A DNA stretch of 61,033 nt, taken from an uncultured virus (IMG/VR IMGVR_UViG_3300025900_000203). Its lineage: Duplodnaviria > Heunggongvirae > Uroviricota > Caudoviricetes. The DNA is taken from the IMG/VR virus record IMGVR_UViG_3300025900_000203; one strand, written 5' to 3'. Below, piece by piece: positions 1 to 10,737 of the stretch. The notes under the pieces were generated by a model. That model was not told the DNA's origin. It worked only from the letters and a program-made list of their open reading frames with translations, and did no database searches. How positions within the stretch are numbered: position 1 is the first letter of the stretch; the number at the start of each line of letters is the position of its first letter. The translations under genes were made by a program, and so were the position numbers.

Positions 1-127
1 TCGACGCACGTCACTTGCTCAGCTTGTCGCCGGCACTCCTCACTCATCGCGAGCCAGTCGGCTGCGCGAAACGTCTGGAACGTAGCCGCCGCGTGATTGA
101 GCGCGGCCGAAACCTTCAGCGATTTTG

Positions 128-3100
128 TCAGCGCGCGCATGCTTCCACCGCCGACCGTGCGCGGTGACCGTGCGCGAGCGGAAGGGTGAGATCCACCGTC
201 CAGCTCGGGCCCCCGTAGCCGTCCATCGCGAGCTGGAACGCATGCCCCAGCGTCTCGCCCTTGTCGTCTTCGTCCTCCGAGTAGTTCGGCGACGAATCGT
301 CATTGCCAGCGGAAATGGAGTCCACGTCCAACGGTCTCGGCAGACCCTGCACCGCGATTACCTCCCCATCCTCTGAAGGAACGAAGATGCCTTCACCCGC
401 GAGGATCAGTGCCCCGACAGCACAACACCAGCGCAACTTCGGACTGTCCCACCGGACGGGATCTCCCTCATCGTCGAGAAAAAACTCTCCCATCGTCGGG
501 CCGAGCTTGCGCCCGTTGGCCTCTTGAAGAGCGATCGCGAGCAGAAGTTCATCGGTCGGAACACGATCTGCCGAGATCACGGACAACTTCTTCATGGCAT
601 CTCCTTACGTTGAGGTTGGATCAAGCGAGGGTGAGGGTGAATTGTTGATGGCTGACATAGGCGACAACATCGGAGCCGATCTCCTCCTCATCGTCCCACG
701 ACAAACACCACACGCGGTAACGATCGGTCATGACGGCAACCCTGGGCCCCAAATTTTCTGGATCTCGTCCGCGATGTCTTTCCGATCGATCTCGACGAAG
801 TGCTCGCTGATCTCGCGGACGGTCTGTCGAATTGCCCCTGCCGCGGCACCTTCACCGATCTTGGCCAACCGATCACGCTCGGCCGTGATTTGATCCAGCT
901 CGGCGTACGCGGAGACCACCGTCTTGCAGAGGACACGATTCTCGGCGCGGAGGCGATCACGCTCGGCGATCAACTCGGTGATCGCTTCGGTCGTCGGATC
1001 GTTCACGGCTTACGATCCTCATCCCACTGGGTGTACTTGAACCCCGCATCTTCCAGCATCGTCATGCCGATATTCGTGGCGAGCCACTGAATGACCGACG
1101 TCGCGACGAACCAATCTCGAGCGCTGGTGGCCGTCGCGTCTTGTAGGATTGCCGAAAGCAAGTGATCCGGATCCTGACGAAGGGCCATCTTCATCCACGC
1201 CGCGTGCATCTTCTTCTCGCGCGGATAGTGATCACTCTGCGTCCTCTCGAAGAGGGCGCCATAGAACCGCCAATTCTTGGCAGCTTCCAACGCCGCACGC
1301 GCCGTACAGCGGGGACAGTCACAGGGTTTCGGTCGCTCCTCCGCGTCGTAGTAGGCGCAATCGTCACGATTGGCGATCCGCCAGAGCGCGTTGTCGAGGA
1401 TTCGAAGTTGTTGCTCTTGATCGATACTCATGCAGGCTCCTTCCACTGTTGCCGGAGGATCAGACGTTCCCACAGCGTCTTCACGTCGTTAAACACTTGC
1501 GCATTCAGCGCCGGGCCAAGATCGTCAAGCGACTGTAATGCGGCGATCCCGTCAATGATCACAGCGCACTGCTGCCGGGACTCCGCGCACGTCTTGGGTA
1601 GCGTCGCCGACACGTCGAGCGCTCGCTGGCCATCGAGGAGACGGCGGCTGTCGATGTCCGTTGGCATGTTATCCATGGGTGACGACGTGCGCGCCGTCGA
1701 GTGTCCAGCGCTTCATGGCTGCGACAGCTTGCGCGATCGTCTTGTAACGGGTGCCTTTGTCACGCACCCACGCGTGACGACTCTCGTCCCAATAATCGTT
1801 GCTGCCAGGCCCACGCGCGATGCGGGTTACCTTGACTCCGGGGCCGCTCATGCGCGAGGACCTGCTTTGTAAGCTCGCGTATCGAAGGCTTGCGTGTCCA
1901 CCCGCACGTGGCGTACCGCCCGAGAAAGCACGTACTCCACGGGCCACGGGATATCGGTCCCCCGCATGTTCGCGGCGCGTTCGCCGGTGTACGTGCCAGC
2001 TTCATCAATCGAGCACACGTAGCCTTGGCCATTCGGAGCCCACCACGATCCGCAATTACCGACGATCTGCCGAATGTCCTGGATGTAGTACATCGCATCC
2101 GGCACAAGCGGATTGCCGAGGCCGTCGCTCTTCACTTCCGTAGGAACCTTCCAGCTCGGAGGCATCACTTCTTCTCCGTTTGTGAAGCCGCGGCGAGGAT
2201 CGCTTGCCGGCGCGCTTCCGAAGCCTTGAGCAACTCTGGCGAGAAAGCCCGCTGGGCACAGTTCGTGCAAACGGCCCCGATAACGACCGGGGATTGCTGA
2301 GGCGGCGGCTGAGGCGGCGACAACACCGATAGATACCAGCCGCGAACCGCGAGCAAGGTATCGAGGGCGTGCTGCTCGATCGGGAAGATCACTTCAACGC
2401 CCTCCCCGCATTCAACACAGGTCACAAGCAGTGCAAGCACAGGAGGCGTTGGCGTTTGTTGCGTCATCTTAGTTCACCATCCGGCTGTCTTGGCAGAAGC
2501 AACCACAATCAAGGTTATTGCAACGGTCGTGACTACTCTCGCGCTTTTGGCAATGCGCTTGGAAGTATGGAAAACACCACGGGCATACACGGTGGCCATT
2601 CGATGCGACGAGGAGCGGAGCACGGCGGCGCTTCGTCATCGTCCGGCCTTGAGGCGGTCGTACGCTTCCTTCAGCTTCTTCTTCGACGCGCGCAACTCCG
2701 CTACCAGGCGCTCGAGCTCGGCATGTGCCGCGCGCGTCGTTTTCAATTCGGCCTGAAGATCCGCGGTGGCTGCCTCCACGGCGTCGCGCACAGTTGTGGC
2801 CTGACGCTCGGGGTCACGCTCCTTCTGGAGGGCACGGAGCGCTTCCGTCTTCTGAGCGTTCTCTTCCTCCAGCTGGCCAGCCGCGCGTTGAATAGACGCC
2901 ACTGCGCCGTGCTGCGCCTCGATCTCGACACGCATCTCTGTCTGAATGGCCTTGAGTTTCGTTAGCTCCTCGAACATCGTCGAGAACCGCGAGGTGCCGA
3001 GATTTGGAGCATCCGCCGCCCAGACAATCATGAACTGGTCCCCGGCTTGCGGAGCCACCACGTCGGTGTCGTGGAGCACCTCGAGCGTCGTCGGACCGCG

Positions 3101-4023
3101 GTGATCGCTGTTGCGGACACGGAGCACGATCGACGTAAGCGGCTTGCCTTCTGGATCTCTCGCGAGGCTCATGACTGCTCCCTAGTAACTACGAGCGCCG
3201 CGTCCGCGACACGGCGTGCATGAAAGCATCGGTACTTCTTCGGAGTACGGCGTTTGTGGCCCCCAAGCGATCCCACGATGGGGGTGCCCTTGTATTTGCA
3301 CGGCGCATTCGGAGCGGCGTGGCACAAGCGGCACGGAATCGCGGAAGGTGAAACGCTCATACGTCTTCCTGCTCTTGCAGGAGTTGCCCGATGAGATCTG
3401 CGGCGCGGCGATGGCGATCGCCCGTTGGAGTCGGCCCCACGATCACGGCTAGCGCGCGCAGGCTGTCCACCGCAGCGTGCAGCTCGAAGCGATCGTCGCT
3501 GGACAGCCTTTGCGAAAGGCGGCCGGCGCGATAGATCTCTTCAGCAACCTCGATCAGTTGCTTGTGCTGCTCGCTCACGAGGATATCGGGATCCTCGCCG
3601 ATGATCATGGTGACGTCGAACGAGCGGCCATAACCCGTAAGTGTCAGCCCTTGGATCTGAAAGCTCCACGTCATGTGGAATGTTCCCGTTCACCGCGCGC
3701 ATACGTCATGTGGAATGCTCCCGTCGTGAACGCCCGCAGAGGAAACAGCCGGTGTAGGCGCAGTCCCCGTTCGCATAGGGCGTGTCTCCAGCGCTGAGAT
3801 AGCTGTGGCTGGTCACCAGAGGATGTGCGTGCGGTGCGATGTGAACTTGCGATCCCTCACGGAGGTCACATTGGGTGCCACAGGAGCATCTCCAGTACAG
3901 CGGCGCGATCCTCTTCATGCGGACGAGCTCTTTGCAGCGCAAACAATACGGCGTGTAACTCGGATCCTTCGCGACGTTGTCGAGAATGACAGCGCGCTGC
4001 CATGTGTCCAGCGTGTCGCTCAC
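128..4023 (-). other. Run of short, translationally coupled hypothetical phage-type CDSs (128-595, 728-1006, 1003-1431, 1428-1676, 1669-1851, 1848-2165, 2165-2467, 2636-3172, 3169-3360, 3357-3674, 3706-4023)
   Basis: Co-oriented minus-strand ORFs, most with 1-8 nt stop/start overlaps and several with SD-like GGAG. Several carry CxxC pairs. No family recognised. Confidence 0.7.
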
Positions 4024-4406
4024 GACACCTCTGTGATCGAAATCGCCATCTCGACCAGACCGATGAGAATTACATCGCCGGTTCGGAGTGGTGCGCGTGT
4101 GATGTTCATGCCGTTAACACGGCACCCGAACGGAGATCCCAAGTCGATCAGGTAGACCTCCGTTCCCTCGATGACGGCATGCATGCGCGCAACCGAGGGA
4201 TGCTCAATCTGAAGATGCGCGGAGGGCACCTTCCCGATCTTGATGGCGTGCTCGTCAAGCGTGACAGGAATCTTCGCGGTCACTGGATGCTTGGCTGCTC
4301 CAAAAAGCCCGGACGACACGTGCACCGTAGCCGGTGGAGTGAGTTGATCAAGGTTCGTGAAGACGAACGTGATCGGCACCTTCGTCGTGCTCGTCGGCGT
4401 GCTCAT
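4020..4406 (-). CDS. FHA-domain protein
   Basis: IKIGK..AHLQIEHPSVARMHAVI..LIDLGSPFGCRVNG..LRTGDVILIG matches the FHA pattern. ATG at 4406 overlaps the upstream stop (ATGA). Confidence 0.85.
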   Translation of the reverse strand: MSTPTSTTKVPITFVFTNLDQLTPPATVHVSSGLFGAAKHPVTAKIPVTLDEHAIKIGKVPSAHLQIEHPSVARMHAVIEGTEVYLIDLGSPFGCRVNGMNITRAPLRTGDVILIGLVEMAISITEVS

Positions 4407-5131
4407 CGATAGCGAAGGGTAGTGCTGAGCGACGGGCCATCTGCAGGGCCGTGTGTATGCTGTTGGGGCGTTGCACCGTACGTCGGCAGCGCTGTCGAGA
4501 ACGTCGGCACGGGCATCACGTGCGTGTCGTCCACGATCTCGATGCGCGAAATCGACATCCAGCGACCGTCGAAGAGCTTGCCCTCCTTGTCGACGGGTGG
4601 AGAGATCGCGATGCGGATGTGGCTGTCGCACAACTCGAAGCCGATCGAGGAGAGCACGCCCGTCATCCCAGAGATGCGATCGCGTCCGCGCTTCCCCAGC
4701 ATGCCGAACGCCGTCGCGTAGTTCGGAAACGACGGTGTGGGCATGACGCGGACGTCATCGATCAGCCAGAGACGATGAACATCCAGCATCCGACCGTCGA
4801 CAAACTTGCCATCCTTATCGACCGACGGAGCGATCGCTGCCTGGATGCAGCCGTAGAGATCGAAGGTGAGCGCGTCACAAACACCTTCCTGCGCGGAGAC
4901 CTTGTCTTTGACGCGGCGGCCGAGGAGCTCGAAGAAGGCGGAAAGATCGGGCACGGGATTGGGCACGTTGGTTCCTTGGCAGATTCGTGGATGCGCGGTC
5001 ACGGGAATTCGTGAACGCCAGGGTTCGTGGCAGAGCTTCAGTTTTCCGTTTGTGTCTTGATGTGCGTAGTGCTCGAACACGGAATCCCACACGCTGGGCT
5101 CACCGGCCGCGCAGTGGGGACAGGTGGTCAC
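4403..5131 (-). CDS. Hypothetical protein with an internal tandem duplication of a ~65 aa domain
   Basis: GRRVKDKVS..VDKDGKFVDGRMLDVHRL..VMPTPSF repeats as GKRGRDRIS..VDKEGKLFDGRWMSISRI..VMPVPTF. Confidence 0.75.
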   Translation of the reverse strand: MTTCPHCAAGEPSVWDSVFEHYAHQDTNGKLKLCHEPWRSRIPVTAHPRICQGTNVPNPVPDLSAFFELLGRRVKDKVSAQEGVCDALTFDLYGCIQAAIAPSVDKDGKFVDGRMLDVHRLWLIDDVRVMPTPSFPNYATAFGMLGKRGRDRISGMTGVLSSIGFELCDSHIRIAISPPVDKEGKLFDGRWMSISRIEIVDDTHVMPVPTFSTALPTYGATPQQHTHGPADGPSLSTTLRYR

Positions 5132-5874
5132 TTGCGGATCTTCTTCTTCGAAGCACGCTTCTTGGTGACCTTGGCCGGCTTCTTCGCCTTGGCGCTTGCG
5201 GGCGACTTTTTCTTCACCGCGGTCATCGCTCGCTCGCGAGCAGTTTCAATCTCTGAGAATCCGCGGAGAATGCTCTGCTGAAGATCGCCGAGACTCTTCG
5301 CGATCGTCGAGATCTGCTGCAACACCGTGAGCAGCCCGGTGCTCAGGGCCTCCCACGCAGGCTCAGCGATTTCTGGCGTGGGCGCGGGCGTAGGCGTTTC
5401 AGTCGTCGCCACAACAGGCGGTGTGATTTCGGGCGGGGGCGCGGGCGCGGGCGTTTCAGTCGTCGCCGCAACAGGCGATGTGGCAAGAGCTGCCCGCACT
5501 TCTGCTACGACGTGTTCACGCGAGATCGTGCGTTCGTTCCCGCCTTCGGCATCGTCGGAGCGACGCAAGTCCTTCATTTTCATCATCCCGGCCCCCAGCT
5601 CGCCATAGCCAAGGATCAGCACGATGGGGATCCCTGCCTGATCGGCGTACTTGAGTTGCTTCCCGAGTTTGTCCTCGCCAGTGTAGATCTCGACGACCAA
5701 GTCACCGTCGGTAACGTTCAGATCGTGCTTGAGCGCCTCGTATTCATCGGCGAGTGACTCGTCGACGTTCAAGATGAGCACATCCGCAGTCGCGGCTTCT
5801 GCGGAAGGCATGATCGGCATATCTGAAAAAGTCATGTGTCTCCTAGTCATCGTTGTCGAGATCCTTCGGGACAT
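5128..5874 (-). CDS. Stand-alone HisRS-type (class IIa) anticodon-binding domain with Pro/Thr linker and Lys-rich tail
   Basis: KLGKQLKYADQAGIPIVLILGYGELGAGMMKMKDLRR resembles the HisRS C-terminal domain. No catalytic aaRS core. The true start may be downstream (5835 or 5818). Confidence 0.75.
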   Translation of the reverse strand: MSRRISTTMTRRHMTFSDMPIMPSAEAATADVLILNVDESLADEYEALKHDLNVTDGDLVVEIYTGEDKLGKQLKYADQAGIPIVLILGYGELGAGMMKMKDLRRSDDAEGGNERTISREHVVAEVRAALATSPVAATTETPAPAPPPEITPPVVATTETPTPAPTPEIAEPAWEALSTGLLTVLQQISTIAKSLGDLQQSILRGFSEIETARERAMTAVKKKSPASAKAKKPAKVTKKRASKKKIRK

Positions 5875-6178
5875 ACTCGTCGGGCACGTTCACGGACCAA
5901 GGACCTTCCACGTCGCTACGTACGGCATCCACCTGCCCGCACGTTGGACAATGTTGACGCTCGGCAATCGTGCCGAAGCACTCAGGCCCTCCACGACCAC
6001 GATCCTCGAAGAGGCCGTACGTGGACTTGCGATCCTCTTCATATGGACCGATCTCGGTCAAGAGGTCCTTCCACTGCTTCCGTGCCCACTGCATCGCAAG
6101 CTGCACGGATGAGAAGATCCGATTGACCGGACCGCCGACCGTGTGAATCTGATACGAAAGTTTGACCGGAGGACTCAC
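5843..6178 (-). CDS. Hypothetical protein (CPTCG motif)
   Basis: Coupled ORF in the minus-strand operon. Confidence 0.6.
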   Translation of the reverse strand: MSPPVKLSYQIHTVGGPVNRIFSSVQLAMQWARKQWKDLLTEIGPYEEDRKSTYGLFEDRGRGGPECFGTIAERQHCPTCGQVDAVRSDVEGPWSVNVPDEYVPKDLDNDD

Positions 6179-6762
6179 GTCGGATCCTTCGAGGAGATCA
6201 AGAAGCCCGCAGCGACCTTGCTCGCATTGCGCTCTTTGAACTCTTGCAGCGGCTTGGCGAGTACACGGTCAACCTCGCGGCACTCTTCGCCATCAGCTGA
6301 GAGACCGGCTGCCGCGGCGAGTGCGAGCGTTGTCACCGCAACGCCGCCCAGCTCCTGGCCGATGTTTCCCACCGGCCGTTCGAACACGTATGTGATGAGC
6401 TTGTGCGCGATCGCTTCGTCGCCACCACAGGCTTGGAACGCTTCGATGGCTTCTTCCAGAAGCCGAAGCCCGCGCTGTGGAAGGCTCGTCGCTTGCTCCT
6501 GTCCAAAAGCTTGGGCTGTCCAATGGGCGATGTGTGCTTGCCGCGCGTCGCGGTCTATCGACTTCGCCTCAAGCCAGGCAGCGAACGCGCTCGTACATGC
6601 CGCGCGCAGTCGACCGCGAAGTGGAACGGTGACATCGGCAGAGAAACGACCTACGCGCAACTGAAGGATAGCGCTGTAATAGAAGGCCTCTGTCACTGGG
6701 CAATCTTCGACGAGGCCGCCGGTGCTCTTGCAGCGACCACACGGCGTTGGTGAGTTGCTCAT
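6175..6762 (-). CDS. MazG-like all-alpha NTP pyrophosphohydrolase
   Basis: RGLRLLEEAIEAFQA and GQELGGVAVTTLALA fit the EExxE..ExxD/G MazG-like pattern. Confidence 0.65.
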   Translation of the reverse strand: MSNSPTPCGRCKSTGGLVEDCPVTEAFYYSAILQLRVGRFSADVTVPLRGRLRAACTSAFAAWLEAKSIDRDARQAHIAHWTAQAFGQEQATSLPQRGLRLLEEAIEAFQACGGDEAIAHKLITYVFERPVGNIGQELGGVAVTTLALAAAAGLSADGEECREVDRVLAKPLQEFKERNASKVAAGFLISSKDPT

Positions 6763-8380
6763 GGAAGTGCTTTCCGCGCCGCGTCGATCGTAGCGATCAA
6801 ACGATCTTGTGCTTCGTCAGGCACTTCACCCGCGCGCGCATCAGGAGCTCGCGAGGAATCACGCCATGCCAACGCCGCCGCAAAGACGGAGGCCATCGTC
6901 TCGATGGAGATGGGATTACGTCGCTGTTCAGCGATGTAATCGACGATCCCTGCCGTGTATCCGAGACAGAAAGCCGACTTCTGCAACGGGTCGAGACGAT
7001 GCGGTGGGCGCTCTGCTAGATGCAGCAATTCCGCTGCGCGTGCCTCCCTATGGGAATTGAAGGCGTCGAGGATCACTTGCTGCTCAGGTGTGATGATCAT
7101 GAGGTTCCTCCGTGGAGTACAGCTGCATCACGGCCGCATGGCGTTTTACTGCATCCGCTTCGTAGCGTTGCCACCAAGCCTGCCACGCGCGACGCCCGCG
7201 ACGGGCAGCCCGTACATGAAGCGCGTGCGTGCCGCAGATCAGCACCGCGAGCCCAAGGCACAGCGGACCGTCGATCACGATCACAATCCACCTCGCGCTG
7301 CCGTCATAACCGCACCAAGAGCCAAATTCCACGCGAGCACGCTTGGCCAATGTTTCCAGCGGAGTCGTTCCCACTGCTCGGAATACCAAGCGGCATCGCC
7401 GGCGAATCCTCCGAGCTGCGCCAGTACGCAGCCTGGAGGCATCTCGAAATCGAGGCTATCCAAGTGATCGGCGACGCCATATCGGCGACGCCGATCATGT
7501 TCCTCGTGATCAGTCATCCAGGCTGTTCTCCGTCGCGACGACGAGTACTTGTGCAGTCACGCGCAGAACACGCTGATCCACGTTCCCATTGGCACACGCG
7601 CGAGCGAAACGGACGGCATCTGACTTCTTTGCAAAGCCTTTGACCTGCGTGTTCCAATCATGATCAAGCGAGCCGTCGCACAGCACGATCCACATCTCGG
7701 CCGTCGCGTCGAAGTGATCCATCGACTTCTTCTCGAGGAGCGTGTCGTACGCAGCCGATTTCATGCCGAGGCCGCGAACCACCTCTGCACCGCGAAATCT
7801 CTTGGGTAGTGCTTTCGTCCTCGATCGGCGTTTCATAGCGAAGGGCCTTTGTAGCGACAAGCGCCGCTGAGCGGAATGGGTGATCAGGTACCCGGGATCT
7901 CGCGAACGAATCTCTGATGAAACTCTTCGTCCGGCATTGCCGAGAGGTAATTGCCCTGGTCATCACTCTCATCGAGCACGACCCACCAACCGAATTGAAG
8001 CGCGCACGTGTCAGCGGTATCTAGCGCCGGATAACCCCAAAGAAGACGTACCTCAAGAAGCCCATCCTTCAGCGCTGCACTGAAAGAGCGCCGTTCCCCA
8101 TCGAGCGGAGACCGCAACCCCGCACGCAATGCGGATAGCGCCTCTTCCACATCTCCCATCCAGCGTGTGGCGTGGAAGACCTTCTTCTTCCACACCCTCA
8201 CTTCTTGGCAGCCTTCGCATGGGCACGCTGAATGAAGTCGAGGGCGGCAAGTGCCTCTTCGTACCGTTTGTCCCAGCTATGATCGTTTCGCTTGTGTGAA
8301 GCGACCCGCTGATCGAGTACACAGGCACGGGCAAAGCCGAGGCCGTCGATGATCGCATCAGTGATGTTAGGTCGGCTCAC
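6759..8380 (-). other. Run of small hypothetical CDSs (6759-7100, ~7084-7389, 7281-7517, 7510-~7836, 7884-8201, 8198-8380)
   Basis: Coupled minus-strand ORFs. Frame assignment around 7084-7389 is uncertain. Confidence 0.55.
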
Positions 8381-9084
8381 GAACCCTCCACGATGCGCTG
8401 TAGCGCTGCAACCTCAGCCCCATCGATAACACCTAGGCTTTTCTCGATCCCGGTACCAACGAGGAATGCCTGCACATAGGGCAGGTAAGCATGGACGTTT
8501 TTCGTCGTGACACCCGATGCGAGGGCGAGAGGCTTTTCTTTGTTCGCGAGGCCGTGTCGAAGCTCGATGAGCTTATGCACGTCGACGGGCTTTCCAGTAC
8601 CAGGTCCACTCGTGCAGAGGACATCCACGTAAGGAGAAGCTGCCGCAGCGGCGGAACAAAGTTGATCGTATGCAACCTCGCGCTGGTACTTGAATGCCAC
8701 GCCGCCGAAATAGAGACCTCCCCATCCACGCTCGTGTCGATCTTTGACGAAGGCTGCGGCGGCAGGTTGCTCTTTTCGGCGTTCGTCAACCTCCGCCGTA
8801 TCCGTCCAGATTCCGTCGATCTTTCCATAAAGCGTCGAAAGTGCAGCGGCTGCAGACAGGCCGAGTAAATTCACGCCGACCCACAAGGCAGGAAAACGTC
8901 CCTGTACCTCGCGAAGAAGCGCGAGGAGTTCGTCCTCGCGCATCCCTTGGTTGATGAGAAAGATGCCGCGAATGCCGACGCGGACGCATAACCGGATGCT
9001 ATCAAGCGCGATCACACGGCTGACCGGATGGATCACCGGCAGCAACACCCGCGACACACCGAACGTCTGCGCGATTAGGTTCAC
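8377..9084 (-). CDS. BtpA/SgcQ-family TIM-barrel protein
   Basis: LLPVIHP, WVGVNLLG, YFGGVAFKYQ, DVLCTSGPGTG, LALASGVT..NV..FLVGT. GTG at 9084 overlaps the upstream TGA. Confidence 0.8.
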   Translation of the reverse strand: MNLIAQTFGVSRVLLPVIHPVSRVIALDSIRLCVRVGIRGIFLINQGMREDELLALLREVQGRFPALWVGVNLLGLSAAAALSTLYGKIDGIWTDTAEVDERRKEQPAAAAFVKDRHERGWGGLYFGGVAFKYQREVAYDQLCSAAAAASPYVDVLCTSGPGTGKPVDVHKLIELRHGLANKEKPLALASGVTTKNVHAYLPYVQAFLVGTGIEKSLGVIDGAEVAALQRIVEGS

Positions 9085-9242
9085 TTCTTTGCCTTCTTCG
9101 AAGAGAGCTCGACATGAAGGTTGCAGGTGCCGCGGACCCAATCACTGAGGGTCAGCTTCGATTTCTCAGCCGCCGATCTCCAAGCACGGCTCTCGCGCCG
9201 CTTCAGACGGATCTCGATGCGATCGGTTCGCGTGGAAGCCAC
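9081..9242 (-). CDS. Small ribbon-helix-helix-like DNA-binding protein
   Basis: RTDRIEIRL..W..AA....LTLSDWVR. GTG at 9242 lies 6 nt after a TTGACT-17-TATACG promoter (leaderless). The ORF track extends to 9347. Confidence 0.65.
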   Translation of the reverse strand: MASTRTDRIEIRLKRRESRAWRSAAEKSKLTLSDWVRGTCNLHVELSSKKAKK

Positions 9243-9248
9243 CCGCGA

Positions 9249-9292
9249 CGTATACGGATCTTTGTACGGACAGTCAAGCCGTTGTACGTACA
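9249..9292 (-). promoter_or_regulatory. Sigma-70-type promoter overlapped by TGTACG(G/T)ACA operator boxes
   Basis: Minus-strand TTGACT-N17-TATACG. Boxes at 9263-9272 and 9283-9292; the same pair occurs at 37826-37853. Confidence 0.6.
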
Positions 9293-9478
9293 GCGCGGCT
9301 GTGATACCGATCAAGCCTTCCATGAGCTTTTGGAATTCGCTCGACACTGTTCCACTTCGTCAGATCGACGCGGAGATCGCATCTCTCGAGAAGTTGCCGA
9401 TGGGAGATCGCGCCGTGTCCGATACCGATCGGCTCGCCGATCTTCGTCGGGCCCGGCGTCGCATCACGGGGAGCCGTC

Positions 9479-10102
9479 GTGGCGACTTCTGATCGCGTGC
9501 GCTTGATCGTGTCCCTCTCCGAGGGCGGGTTTCAGATCCGACCCGTGCCACCACTGCCGGACGTCGAGCCCGGCGAGCAGTTTCATGTCACCTGCTGGCC
9601 ACAGTGCGATGTAAAGATCCGCGAGTTGCTCGTCCTCGACTATCAACTCATCCGCGTTGTTACAGAGGATCTGACCACCGAGTCCTTTTCAAGGGTGGAA
9701 GTCGACGGCGCTCCACCCTTGAACCTCTGGACGCCCGAGCAAGAGATCCCGGTCATGGGAGGTCGAAGTGTCACGCTTACGTTGCAGAACGAACAACGGC
9801 GATCGCTTCGGCCGTACAGCGGCACGTTCGTTCGTTTCCTTCAAAGGACTTCAATGAAGAGCTACCGCTGCAAACATGCCGTCGAGGCCAAGCGCTGGAT
9901 GGATACCGACGAGAATCGGGATAGCTTCGCCCTGTGGTTCGAGGAGCATGACGCCGTGTTCGAAACACGTGGTCCCGTGATCGTGCTGCCCGAAGAAGGT
10001 GAAGTCACCGAAGGTGAATGGGTCGTCTACTGGGACGGCGAGTTTATCGTGATGTCGGAAGACATGTTCCTCGAGACCTATGAAGAAGTCCCGTCGCCGT
10101 GA
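9479..10102 (+). CDS. Hypothetical two-domain protein; C-terminal phage K(Y/F)R..VEA..W domain
   Basis: The C-terminal MKSYRCKHAVEAKRW..FLETYEEV is paralogous to 14695-14976 and 39181-39813. Confidence 0.6.
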   Translation: MATSDRVRLIVSLSEGGFQIRPVPPLPDVEPGEQFHVTCWPQCDVKIRELLVLDYQLIRVVTEDLTTESFSRVEVDGAPPLNLWTPEQEIPVMGGRSVTLTLQNEQRRSLRPYSGTFVRFLQRTSMKSYRCKHAVEAKRWMDTDENRDSFALWFEEHDAVFETRGPVIVLPEEGEVTEGEWVVYWDGEFIVMSEDMFLETYEEVPSP

Positions 10103-10350
10103 ACATCGACGAAGCCATCGACGAAGCCAAGAGGCGTGCGGCTGAGCGGGACGCCGAGCTGCGCAAGCTCGAAGACACGTTCATGAAACTCGGACAAACG
10201 CATGCGGGACCTGTGCTGCTAGCGACAATCCGCGCGCTGGTCGAGATGATCTGCCAAAAGGACGGACCACACTTCGCGACGATCAATAAGATCAAGCTCT
10301 ACACGGGCGTGATCTCGATGCTCCAGCACCAAGGGATCTCACCGCCGTGA
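10099..10350 (+). CDS. Hypothetical protein
   Basis: GTGA overlaps on both sides. Confidence 0.65.
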   Translation: MNIDEAIDEAKRRAAERDAELRKLEDTFMKLGQTHAGPVLLATIRALVEMICQKDGPHFATINKIKLYTGVISMLQHQGISPP

Positions 10351-10737
10351 CACCGCTGAAGATCATCACGGATGGATGCCGATCCTGCGGGGCGTGCTGT
10401 CAGCACGCGCGGCAGTGGCGAGGTGCTCGCGTACGGTTACGCGGACGTGACCTCGAAGGATCGGGATCGTTTATCGCCCCATGTACGACGGCAACTTCTC
10501 GAAACTGTCCACGGCAATGAGACGTGGTACTCGACACAGGCGAAGGAATTGTCGATGGGCGGGGCAGCCTGTCTGTATCTTCGCGGTACTCCTGGGCAGC
10601 GCTGTTCTTGTGCGATCTACGAAACCCGTCCCGAGATCTGTTCTGACTTTCGTATTGGAAGCCGCCGCTGCCATGAGGCGCGGGCGGCGTTGAACACTCA
10701 CTTGCAAGAAATGGAATCCGATGCGCCCTCTCCATGA
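10347..10737 (+). pseudogene. YkgJ-family cysteine-cluster (CxxCxxCC) protein split by a frameshift
   Basis: GTG 10347 frame gives MTPLKIITDGCRSCGACC. The C-terminal CLYL..CSCAIYETRPEICSDF lies in the +1 frame (ORF 10372-10737). Confidence 0.7.

Noticed and set aside
728..1006. Shared (I/V)TAERDRL motif here and in 12335-12919 as a second targeting tag
   Set aside because: A generic coiled-coil heptad common in phage proteins; only two genes carry it.
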